A DNA stretch of 64,000 nt, taken from Ministeria vibrans ATCC 50519 (Eukaryota > Protista > Filasterea). Shown piece by piece: positions 20,584 through 33,700 of this stretch (its first letter is position 1; each line of letters begins with the position of its first letter). The DNA lies in the NCBI GenBank assembly GCA_943704425.1, contig CALSCP010000216.1, positions 62,001 to 126,000 on the forward strand, in the 5' to 3' direction. The notes under the pieces are model-generated. The model did not search any database. It saw nothing but the letters and a program-made list of their open reading frames with translations, and was not told where the DNA came from. Both the position numbers and the translations under genes were made by a program.

Positions 20584-20796
20584 TGAGACACGAAACTGCG
20601 TACCACCGTCGACAAGGCCCGCGGAAGCAAGCGACGCGTCTCTGTCTTGCGTTTCAAGGGATTTCCCCGTGGACAGGTCGACGAGACGAGGCGCGCCTTC
20701 GATGTGGAGTGTGTCGAAAAGTTCGTGAAAGTGTAAGTCGGGAGAACCCTCGAAAACAAGCTCAACGCCCGTCGTCGACGACACGACGAGGTGCAT
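19025..20796 (-). CDS. UBAC1: UBAC1 / KPC2 (UBL-UBA-UBA-STI1)
   Basis: N-terminal UBL-like region; UBA1 GFPRALCVKALILN..AAMMWLLE; UBA2 SLVDMGFDAEDARRVLRACRNDTQQAALWLL. The spliced STI1 tail AVLADARVQMCITSKRAIQALEQLLQQPTAIGQFLSHPEVGPILEQISRVVQ resembles the UBAC1 C-terminus (..GPVMLQISRIFQ). Confidence 0.85.
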
Positions 20797-20951
20797 TGCG
20801 GAACACTGGATCGGGGAGTGAGGAGGACGCTGCAGGAGGTGGTAAAAATGAGTTATGACTTATGAGTTTAATCAAATCAATTGAGTTTGAGTTCATTCTC
20901 CCTTGAGTGTTTTCTCTCATTGTAGTTTCAGTTGTTTGCTTTGAACTGTCC

Positions 20952-21833
20952 ATGTCAACACTGGCACAGATCCACAAAAAGTCTGAGGATGTCGTGCGTA
21001 GCATAAAGGAGACGGTACGGGGCGTTGGGAGGGGCAGACGAGCAGGTTTCAGCAACGCAGTGTAGATTGTCGATGCGCTGTCGGTGACGCAAGGGGTCGC
21101 TGTGGATCTGCTTGCAGACGAAGAGGAGGGTGCCGTGGAGAGGATGAAGGAGTTGCAGGCGGTCAGCGAGCTGTACATCAAGGGAATTGTCGAGTAGGGT
21201 TCAATAGTTGTTTTGGCGCGCTCTCAACTTGTCGTTTTGTGTTCCACTCAGACTGGAAGACTCACTGGGAGTCCTGAGTGACATGGTGGCGGAGAAGCCC
21301 GAGACAAACGACTGGGTGGCGCACTACGACGAGAAGCGTGCGGCGTTGAAGGAGACGCTGGCACTGCGGTGTGAGGAGAATGCGCAGATGCGACTGCTGC
21401 GCAAGAAGCTGGACAGCAACGACACAATGATCGCCGCAATCATCGACGACGACAACGAGATTGTCTTTGATACGCAGATGCCCATTCAAGATGTGTGTCC
21501 CATCACCAAGGTACAGCACCACAGGAGAACGGACGCGGACAAACTCTATGGCGTTTTTGTGTTTTGGCTTAGGTGGACTTTGTTGAGCCAGTGCGCAACA
21601 CAGCATGCGGTCATTGTTACTCTCGTGCGGCAATCGAGTCGCTCTTCCAACAACAGACACACTTGCATTTGCCGGCACGCGTGGCATGTCCCGTCACCGG
21701 CTGTTCCAAGCGCCTCGACCCAAGCACACTCGTGCCTGCGCCGACACTGCTGAGCGACATCAAACGCAGACGTCGCGAGGAAGCCGCCGCCCGCAAGCAA
21801 ACGGGCACCATGCACGACACCACTCAACTGTAG
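20952..21833 (+). CDS. NSMCE2: SP-RING SUMO E3 ligase NSE2/MMS21 of the SMC5/6 complex
   Basis: Helical N-terminus, then DDDNEIVF..CPITK|VDFVEPVRNTACGHCYSRAAI..CPVTGC (SP-RING). Confidence 0.85.
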
Positions 21834-21908
21834 TACATACGTACAATAATATACATATATAATTATATTTTTTTTTTTACGAATCATGATCGCTGGGTGT
21901 GTACTTTT

Positions 21909-23756
<1,848 letters not shown>

Positions 23757-23958
23757 CGGCAACGGTCGATATAACAAAAAAGAACTATTCGCTAAAAATA
23801 ATTGGTGAGTACGAGTCGAGAATAATGAATATTGATTAAACATTGCGTTCATTTTCGTTCATCTCAAATTAAAATTGGTGAATAATAAGTTCTGGCAAGC
23901 TTTTCTTTTCTTTCTTTTTTTTGAGGAGGGAGTTTTGTATTGACGATAATTTGCTTCA

Positions 23959-25671
23959 TTATTCGGGTTTGAAAAACAGGAGCTTGCGGGCGGAGGAAGC
24001 GGCAATGAAGTGGGCAGAGGGGCCAAAACGAAGGGCACCCACTGGGGTTTTGAGGGTCGCCAGACGGTCCCACGACTTGCTCATATACACACTGGAGGAA
24101 AGGAAGGAAATACAAAAGAGTGTGAGCAGACAGCGACGCAAATGTTTATCTGTGCGTGTTGTACCTGAGGTCTTCGCCGCCCACCGCCAGATACTGTCCG
24201 CTGTGATCAAATGCGACGCTGTGCACAGCCGAGGGTGCCGTGATCGTGTGAATGTTCTTGAGCTTACGCAAGTCCCAAATCTTCACTGTGGCATCCTTCG
24301 CGCCTGTTGCCAAATAGAACCTATGTGTGATAAATGGATTGAGAATTCATCCAAAACAAAGAGATGAATGATTACCCATTCTCCGAGAAGCACAGACTGC
24401 TAATCTGATCCTTGTGGCCCTCAAAGTTGGCGACATTCTGCTGGGACTTGACGTCCCAGATGCGCACGACGCCATCGACAAGGCCCGTGCCGAGAATGAG
24501 GCCATCGGGATGGAACTGAGCGCACGAGAAGGGCGCTGGGCCCGCCACGGAGAGCACCACCTTGCCTTGGTCAATGTCGCTAAAGGCCCAGGTGGAGTCA
24601 GCGCTCACGCTGACCAAATGAGTGCCGGGTGCGGACAGAGTTACGCCTGTCACGGCGTCCGTGTGGCCCTTGATCACGGCCGACGCCTTGTTGGTCTCTA
24701 GCGACCACACGCGCACCGTCTTGTCGGCACTTCCGCTCACAGCAACCGACTCGCGCTGCGCATGGAACGCAACGGTGGTCACCTTCTTCGTGTGGCCCGA
24801 CAGCGTGTGCGCCACTTTGCCCCCCGAAAAGACCACCACCTTCTTGTCGTTGCCACCGGTGAGAACGAGGTCGCCACGCACGTCGATCGACGTAATCTCC
24901 GACGAGCCGTGCAGACCCGACTGCGACAAAGACTCCTGTAACGTGCCCATGGCCTCGGCCGTGGTCAAATCGGCCGGCTTGCTGCGCTTCTTTCGCTGTT
25001 TCGTCAGCTCAGCACCCTTCTCTTCCATGGCAGCAATCACGGCGGCCGGGATGCCACTGCTGGCCGCACCGGCACTCTCTTGCACGTCCTCCATGGGCGC
25101 AGCGGTAGTGGTGGTGTCTGTCTTTGTTGTGGTTGAGGTTGAGGATGAGGTGGCGGCGGAGGCTGCTGTTGCGGTGGAGGGCTGAATAGAAGCAAGGGCG
25201 TCGCGTGCAGCGTCGCGCTCTTGCTTGAGACGCGCAATAACGCGACACGACGCGTCGTGTTGGTACAGAGTGTTGGCAAGCTCCTGTCTAATGACGCCGT
25301 AGTGCTGCTTCAGCGTGTACGTCTCCAGCATGAGCGCATCCCACTCGTCCTGCAGCGTCTTGAGCATCGCAGGGATGCTGGTGGCTGCGGGCGGCCGCGG
25401 GCGCACCACCGTCGGGTGTGGCTTGATGTCGACAATGTCCTCCTCCAGGTTGAGCACACGGCCCGTCTCGATGGGGTCGGTGCCGTTCTCGTTGACATAC
25501 TTGGCCAACAGTCGCTTCTCAAACACCCGTCCCGAAATGCGCGACACCACCGGCTCCTCAGGCACGTTGCCGGAAACTACAAAGCGCACACAGACATGAG
25601 CAACTGGCTGCTGCACCCTCCGATCACGCGTCCCAACACACACACGACTTACTTGCACAGACAAACGCCAT
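23959..25671 (-). CDS. PRPF19: Pre-mRNA processing factor 19 (U-box + coiled coil + WD40)
   Basis: U-box SGNVPEEPVVSRISGRVFEKRLL..GTDPI; PRPPAATSIPAMLKTLQDEWDALMLE..LYQHDASCRVIARL; FHPDGLILGTG; FSENG. Confidence 0.97.
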
Positions 25672-25741
25672 AGTCAAAACGCTTTCGCTTTGAATAAAAA
25701 AAAATCGTTAGAGAAAAAAAAAGGAAAAAAAAAAAACAGGA

Positions 25742-26354
25742 NNNNNNNNNNNNNNNNNNNNNNNNNNNNNNNNNNNNNNNNNNNNNNNNNNNNNNNNNNN
25801 NNNNNNNNNNNNNNNNNNNNNNNNNNNNNNNNNNNNNNNNNNNNNNNNNNNNNNNNNNNNNNNNNNNNNNNNNNNNNNNNNNNNNNNNNNNNNNNNNNNN
25901 NNNNNNNNNNNNNNNNNNNNNNNNNNNNNNNNNNNNNNNNNNNNNNNNNNNNNNNNNNNNNNNNNNNNNNNNNNNNNNNNNNNNNNNNNNNNNNNNNNNN
26001 NNNNNNNNNNNNNNNNNNNNNNNNNNNNNNNNNNNNNNNNNNNNNNNNNNNNNNNNNNNNNNNNNNNNNNNNNNNNNNNNNNNNNNNNNNNNNNNNNNNN
26101 NNNNNNNNNNNNNNNNNNNNNNNNNNNNNNNNNNNNNNNNNNNNNNNNNNNNNNNNNNNNNNNNNNNNNNNNNNNNNNNNNNNNNNNNNNNNNNNNNNNN
26201 NNNNNNNNNNNNNNNNNNNNNNNNNNNNNNNNNNNNNNNNNNNNNNNNNNNNNNNNNNNNNNNNNNNNNNNNNNNNNNNNNNNNNNNNNNNNNNNNNNNN
26301 NNNNNNNNNNNNNNNNNNNNNNNNNNNNNNNNNNNNNNNNNNNNNNNNNNNNNN
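25742..26354. other. Assembly gap (N run); a second 10-N gap is at 1123-1132
   Basis: Runs of N flanked by A-rich and poly-G sequence. Confidence 0.99.
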
Positions 26355-26391
26355 GGGGGGGGGGACTGAGGAGAAGGGACTCAGGAGGGAG

Positions 26392-27461
26392 TCAGGCTTG
26401 GTTGAATCGAGCGAGGCGCTTGCGGCGCATCTCGTCCACATCGTCGACGACACGCCCCCCCTTCCGCTGCTCCTTTTCGGCACGTCGCTTTGCAGCCGCC
26501 TCCGCATCCGCCAGCAGAGCCACCGTCCGGTCGTGCGCCATTGAAGCTGGAAGCTTACCCTCGATGAGAAAAATAGAGTAGTGCTCCAGCTGGAGCTGTT
26601 GGAGGAGGAGGCTGAGACCAAGAGTAAGGTCAGAAGACAGACATCCGCTGTTTGAATGCGCGTCTCTTACCCCAGTAACGTGTCTGAAACGGGCTCGGGG
26701 CGTTCAAGAGTGCTGTTTAAGTTGTACCATTGTGTACCGAAGCGCCGCAAGCAAGTCCAGTGTGACTGGTAATTGGCAATGAAGGCATTCTCTCGCTCAG
26801 GGTGATCGCGTGCTCCACTGTCTACTTCTTGTGCCGACAGAGGCACCATCTTGAGTGAGTACGTCTCCAGAGCTCGTTGAAGCACCTGGAAAGAAAGCGG
26901 GGGGTTACGAGACACACAAATACGAGATACATGAAAACCGCAAAGGCACGCACGCGGAGACACACAATTACACATGCACATATGTACCACAAACACACAC
27001 ACTATATATATATATATATATATATAATACCACAAACACACATGCATACACACACACACTAAATATATTATACCACAGACACACACACACACTGAAAGTG
27101 ACCTGAATTGAAAAATATCCACTGTCGTCCATATTAGATGACTGCGAGGCACCCGGTCGGTGTTGTAGAAGAGACGAACCCGTCTCCTGCCCGCCCTGTG
27201 TCCATATGGCTAGACGTGGTAGAACTTCAGTTTGAAGTTCACGAACATACAATCAAACCTCTCTCCTCCCGATCAAGCGCCGCTGCAACGTCCGCCAGCA
27301 TTACAGCCGAGAAAACCTTGTCTTGACACAGGTTGTTGAGGCAGTGCTGTGCGCAGAGTGCGCCTTCTTGCTGTGAATCAAACAGCGCAAGTGCAGTCAG
27401 AAATCGCCCTCTCCTCTTGCAAACGTACTCTCTCATGGTAGATCGCATCTACTGGATTCAT
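26392..27461 (-). CDS. ATXN3: Ataxin-3-like Josephin deubiquitinase, short form
   Basis: IYHER|QEGALCAQHCLNNL (catalytic Cys), SNMDDSGYFSIQV, FIANYQSHWTCLRRFGTQWYNLNS (His/Asn), LQQLQLEHYSIFLIEGKLP, ending DEMRRKRLARFNQA* at 26392. Confidence 0.92.
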
Positions 27462-27782
27462 AGTACGACTCAAGTCGATACAAGAAATATAATGCTAAGT
27501 TATGAGTAAGTCTTCAGTAATGAATAATTGAAAAAAATAATAATAGTTTGTCCTGAGTTAAATATTCCAAGTCAATCATTTAATATTATTAATCTGAATA
27601 TTATTGTATTTGTGGGTCTATGGGTGCTTCATCGTCTTGGGACTCCGGGCTTGCCTATGGCGAAAGGATCGTATCTCTCTGTGATTACTCTTCGTGCATT
27701 CCAATTTCATACTATTTACTTTCAAACGTATTAATTCACATTTCACAATTTTTTGAATGTTCTTCTACATTAACAAAATGTT

Positions 27783-30700
27783 TCAGTGCCCATACTTGGA
27801 CCGGCGACTCTCAAACTGTTCGTTGCCCTCCTGCACTACAATTGCCGGGTCGCGCTGCCTCCAATAGTCCCGTTCCGCCGCCTCCTCCCGATCAAGCTTG
27901 GCCTTCTCGCGTGTCAGAAGCGACATGAGCTTGCGCCACTCCATCTCGGCGGCCTGCAGGCGCTCACGCGCCGCATGCACATGCGGCAGCTCCATGTATT
28001 CCTTGTGCCGTCGCACCCACTTGGTATTGAATGCGTCCTGAATTGCTTCAATATGCACTCCAATCTGATGCGTGTACGAGCGCGAGCTGGTCAGCTCAGA
28101 GCGACGTTGAGCACACGCATGGTCCACCGCAATCTCATCCCACATGAGGTCCGTTGCCTCAGCGTCCACCTCGCTCGCCTCCACGTCAGCCACTTCGGAC
28201 GAATGAAAACCTGGCAACAACGACCGTCGCTGTGCCACAATCGCCGTGTAGTAGGCAAGCCACAGCTGCTTCTCCGCGTTGATAGCCAACGAGCGGAGCA
28301 CCTTAAGCTCTTTGAAGACGGAAAAGGCCAGCGAACTGTGTACCTCAACAAACTGCAGTGCTAGGTTGCGATGGAGCTCCTGTGGCATCTGCTCCAGCGC
28401 ATCGGCATGACTCACAAGCAGCGATGCAGACAGCGCGCCGCATCGACCCGCCACCGAAAAGGCAACCTGCACACAATGAAAAATCCCTTCGTCCTGCACC
28501 CGGCGAATCGGCATGCACGACATGAGCGCCGGCTCGCGCGCATCCGCAACGTGCTCGCGCGGACGCCACGCAAACGTGTACACCTTGTCGGGCGCTCGAT
28601 TAATCATGCGCGCCAAAATCTTCTCAGGCAACTCTTCCTCACCATCGCCCACGCGCTTAGGAATGCCCATCAGCTGCAGTCGCAGTCGCGATGGCACCGT
28701 AGTGCTCACTATCGTCCCATCGTCGCCAGTACGCTCGCTCGCCACTGTCGTCACCTTCTCTCCTTCTCCTCCTGACCCCGTTGCCTTCTCCGCGACAATC
28801 ATAAAGCGACAGCCGTGCCACTCAAACACCTGTGCATTCCGTTCAGCCTCCGCCATTTTCTGCTCCATTTCCCAGCGCGTCGAAAAAACAAGGACGTGCT
28901 CTCCACGCGAGAGCATCCCGTCCAGCTCCATCGACAGTGCCCCAGTCTCTTCGTCCTCATACACCGCATACACCAGACGCGCAATCTTCTTCACGTACAC
29001 CTGAACACCTTCCGCGCGCACATCACTCGCCGCGGATCGGTCCGGCTCATAGTGCAACGTGTAACCGTCGGAGAACACTTCGTGCGACGTAACCAGCGCC
29101 TGTCCCGGCAGCCCCCCCTCCGCCGTCACCACCTTCAGTGTGTCGTCGCTCTTGGATGCACCGCCAAACGCGTGTGAGGCTACCTCCGAGCGAATCGGAT
29201 GGCTCAGCTCGTCATCAAGACACGCATCGCCGCCCACATACAACGTCTGAATGCGCACCAACCAGCGCTTGCCGCGGCCCAGCATCAGTCCGCCCGGTAG
29301 CTCCATCACAATACTGTCACGGTTGCGCTCCAGCGCCGCCGCTCCATCGCGATCCACCGTCCGCCGCTGTTCGGTGCACGCCCACTCGCCCACCGCCTTC
29401 TGATACGCCGCCGGCACGGGTACATGCGCGTGTACCACCTTCCAGTGAACCGTCCGACTGCTCCCGTGCTCCGCCTCGTTGTAGTCCGACAACAGCTCCA
29501 CCTGGCGTTCCGCCGCACTCAGTCGTCGCACCGCCTCCGTCTCCTCAGTGTACTCAATGCGATAACCCAGCACACGCACATTCTGCCCAGAGACAACACG
29601 AGGGCGCCAGCTGACAGAAAATCCCTCCAGTGCCCCATACACAAAGTGACTTTCGTTCCGCGACACCAAAAATTGTTGTACAGGTCCCGGAGGCGACAGT
29701 GGAAAGCGCGTGCTCAGCGTCGATACATTTGATCGCTGCGGCGCCAGTCGACGCACCGCCTTAAACACCACCTCAACCCACACGTCGTAGCGCTTACACG
29801 GTTTCAGATCGCCAAAAGCCGCTCGATACTCGCGCGAGCCTTCCTCCACAGGCAAGCCTTTGGACTTGAGAGGCGCATTCGCGTCGTCTTCGTACGCCTC
29901 CAGTGCCGCCTCGTCCTCCTCGTCCTCCTCGTCCTCCTCGTCGTCGTCGTCATCGTCCGCAATGCCATCGCTGTTGGCACGTCCGCGTGTTGTCAGCATC
30001 GGATGTGTTGCCCATTCATCGTCGTCGCCGTCCTCCTCATCGTCGGCAGCCTCCAGTCGAAATAACACCGTCGTCTTGGTCGTGTCAAAGCCCTCAGGGG
30101 CAACCCAGCGCAAGGCCAACGAACGCTCGCGTCGCATAGTGGCACTCGGCATTTGCGGGCGGAACTTTCCAATGACATACAAAAAGTGTCGCTTCGGCGG
30201 CTCCGACGGATCTTCGGGCGTCACCGTGATGGCAAGACTCAAGAACATACCAGGATGGACACGCAGCGGCATCGTGACCTCTTCACCATCCACGTCGGCA
30301 GACGCACCCGCCTTACGCGCATCTGCTTGCAACTTGCGTCGCCCAAACGTACCACCCCGACGCATGGTCTTCATCGCCGCCTGCTTAGCACTACGCTCAA
30401 TGTCCAGCGCAACGTGCCACGCGGAGCATTTGGCGCGAGGATGCGTCTGTGGACGCAAGTCCACCATGGTCCACTTGCGCGTTTGCACACGAATCACACC
30501 GTCCATCGACTTGACTGTCGTCGATGCTTCGAGTCCTCGTGTTCGTGTGCAGTGCCCAACCACGCACGCGACATCGGCGTCGTCACTCAATGCGTACAGG
30601 TGAATAAAGTGATTCTTGGGCGGTCCCTTCTGCGCCTTCACCTGTACCTGCACCACCGTCTCATAGCCGGGCAGCACATCAACCTCCTCCTTGCCACGCA

Positions 30701-33700
30701 CCTCTCGTCGCGACACACCACTGTCCTCCTCCGCCATGCGCACTGCACTCGCCTTGCCCTCCTCCTGTCCGTCCGGAAGATCTCGTGGTTCAAAGGCATA
30801 CAGGGTTGTGCTCGTCGTGGAAGCCTCAGGCTTCACATGTATCACTACCTTGCCGGGCACATCCGCACGGTGGTGAATGCCGTCCGGGTCGCTCCGCAAG
30901 TGAATACCACCTGAGTTCTTGCCCTTGAGCGTGCTCACTTGAATAACATTGAGGGTCGTGTTGCATTCGTTTGATGCACACGTTGTCACCGACACCGGCG
31001 CCGACCATGGCCCCGCAAGAACCACCTGTTGGTCAGTCTCAACGACGAGCCGTGCAAACAATCGATGTTCCGTGTTCGCCTGCAAACCCTCAATCACAAG
31101 CTCGCGTAGACGCGCCACGTCTCGTTCCTTCACGCGCGCCACAACCGTCTTTGAGTCGTCTGCATTACCCGCTTTGCCCGTCGTCGCCACCATCTGATAG
31201 TACCGCTGTGAGACACCCGCACGCTCAGCCATCAGCAAAGGCTCGAGTCGTGCCTCATGACACGACACCGATGCACTCGAGTCGAGCACATTGGCGATGT
31301 CCAGCAAATGAGGCGCATCGCCACCGCCGACAATTACTTGACGCGCCTCGTCGCCCAACGATCGAGTAAGCAAGGTGCGCCACAGCTCACGATGATACTG
31401 CGGCTCCTTCGTCGTCATGGTGAAGCGAGGATCGCTCCAGGGTCCCGCCATCGTCATCTCAGTGCCCGTCGGATTGCCGTGTGTGTCCCGGAAGCGCATG
31501 CTGAGGACGGCACGAACGCGCAACGTGTACTTGGTGTTCTCAGGCACGTTAGCCAGGCACACAATGGTATCGTCGCGTACGGGTCGCTCGTCAGGTAGTC
31601 CACTTTCGTCGCGATTGTGCGCCACCGGCTCGATCCACTCGTCCATACCTCGGTTAATGCCAATGTTCACTTGACGACGCACAATGCACATTTGCGGCAT
31701 CACACTGCCCGCTCGCTGGCCCGTCTCGTCGGCCCAACTCAGCGAGCGCTCAGTCACACGTACCACCATGGAGCGGTCAAGCGGTGTGATCTCCACGGGA
31801 GGGTCCACGTGCAACACATCCGTCTCGACAAGCGCCTCGACCGTCTCATGGGAGGTCTCCACACCACGAGGAGGTGTGGTGAACCAGTCAATAATGGTAT
31901 ACGAGCCGGCAGCCTTCACCGACTCAGCCCCGCCGCTCTCATCGCGTGTTACCAACCGCCGTGCCACCACAGTGTAAGCGGTGCCTGGCTGGACGGGCAC
32001 CCAGGTACCCTGCGAGTCGGCAATGATGGCACACGAGGATGGATCGGGACGCCACTTTACCATGTCTTTCTTCACCATGTTACCGGGAACCACGCGGAAT
32101 TCGTAGCGTATCACGTCACTCTCGGGCATCGCCAACTGCACATGTGCTGCATTGGTTAACACGATCGGTGAACGCGCACACCGCACGGGAGGAAGTGCCT
32201 CATGCCGATCAAACTCCGCCTGTAGTCGAAAGTTGCGCTCGTCGCTCTCAAGTCGCGACAAGATCTCGTGATCGTGGTCGACGGTATTCGCGTTGCGCGC
32301 CGAACCAAACACTTCAAGAGCCCGAGGCACCACTGGTACCGGTGGAATGGGCACTTCTTCCGGGACCTTTGCTAGCGGTGGCTGTGCCTCTGGCGCCGCT
32401 TTCGGGTTGCTCGGGCCTGGCGGCTCAGGTTTTGCTGCCTTTGGTTCAGCAACAAACACACTGACCGTACCTTCGTCCAGATAGGAAGGATTCAGTATCA
32501 ATGGGGCCGGATCTTCTCCGTTGAAGGAGTCGGACGAATCGGAAAAGACTGACATTTGCAAAGAGTTCAACCGTTCGTGACCCTGCTTATGGCGGTGGCG
32601 ACGACGACTACGACGGCGCGCGCAGAGCACACAACAACAGCCAAGAAGGAGAACCAAAAGCAACCCAGCAAGACCAGCCGCAAGGTAAATCCAGGGAAAC
32701 GAAGCGGCGGGATCAGAAACGGTCGAAACAATTGTCTGACACGCGAACAAAGACGGATCGCCCACTGCACTTCGAATGTGCTGGCACTTGGTACCGGTGG
32801 GACACGCCACGCAACAACCGTCTTGCTCCGACGTGGGCGCCTGAATCGACCCAGTCGTCGTGTACGACGAGTTGGTTGGCACACAGCCTTCGTTGTTGCA
32901 AAGTGCCGCGCAGGGTTCGCACGTATAATTGACCAAGTTGGGTCGCGTGTCGACTGGACACGCAAGAAGACAAAGCGTGTTCGCCTCGGGGGTACATTTG
33001 GACACCTCAAAGCGAAGCGAATCTTGACAGTTGGTGCACCGTGTGCATTGACGATCAGCCAGGGTTGTACAGGGTTGTGACTGGTAGTGTCCGTGGGGAC
33101 AGCCGACGGAACACGGGACGCACGTGGCTGTTGCATTGAGGGTGAGGCCGGTACATGGCGCATCGAGAAAGGTTGCGCCAATCGTACACTGTGCAGCTGT
33201 CATGCAATCGTTGCAAATTGTGTTGTGCGTCGAGTTGCACCCCCGTTCAATATACTCGTGCACTTCACACTCGTGGCATACGGTGCAGTTGAGACCGTCG
33301 CCCCACTGGCCAGGCGGACAAGGTGCACAGTCAAAGCCTAAATCAGGCGCGGCCCGATCCGTGCAGTTGGTGAAACAGGGCGACGTGCGACACGCATCAA
33401 TGTCACGACAGGTGCGATCGTGCGTTGCGTTGCATGCAAGATGGTCCTCAAAGCCAGCGGGGCAGCTGTGAAGCGGTGTGCAGGCAGCGCACAGTGTACG
33501 AGCGTCGCCAAAATATCCACTGTGGCATTCACATGTGTAGGCGCCTACCAAATTGGTGCAGTTGGCATTGGAAACACACACACTCGGTGTTTCAACACAC
33601 TCGTTGATGTCCATGTCGCACACAGAGCCAGTCCAGCCAGCGGCACACGCACATGTAAAGCCGTTGAACAGATCGCTGCATGTGCCGTCGTTGGCACACG

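Noticed and set aside
25674-26621. ORFs spanning the N run
   Set aside because: Artefacts of translating Ns.
27490-27512. TTATGAGTAAG similarity to the U12 snRNA 5' region
   Set aside because: Only ~11 nt match, with no downstream stem-loops or Sm site evident.
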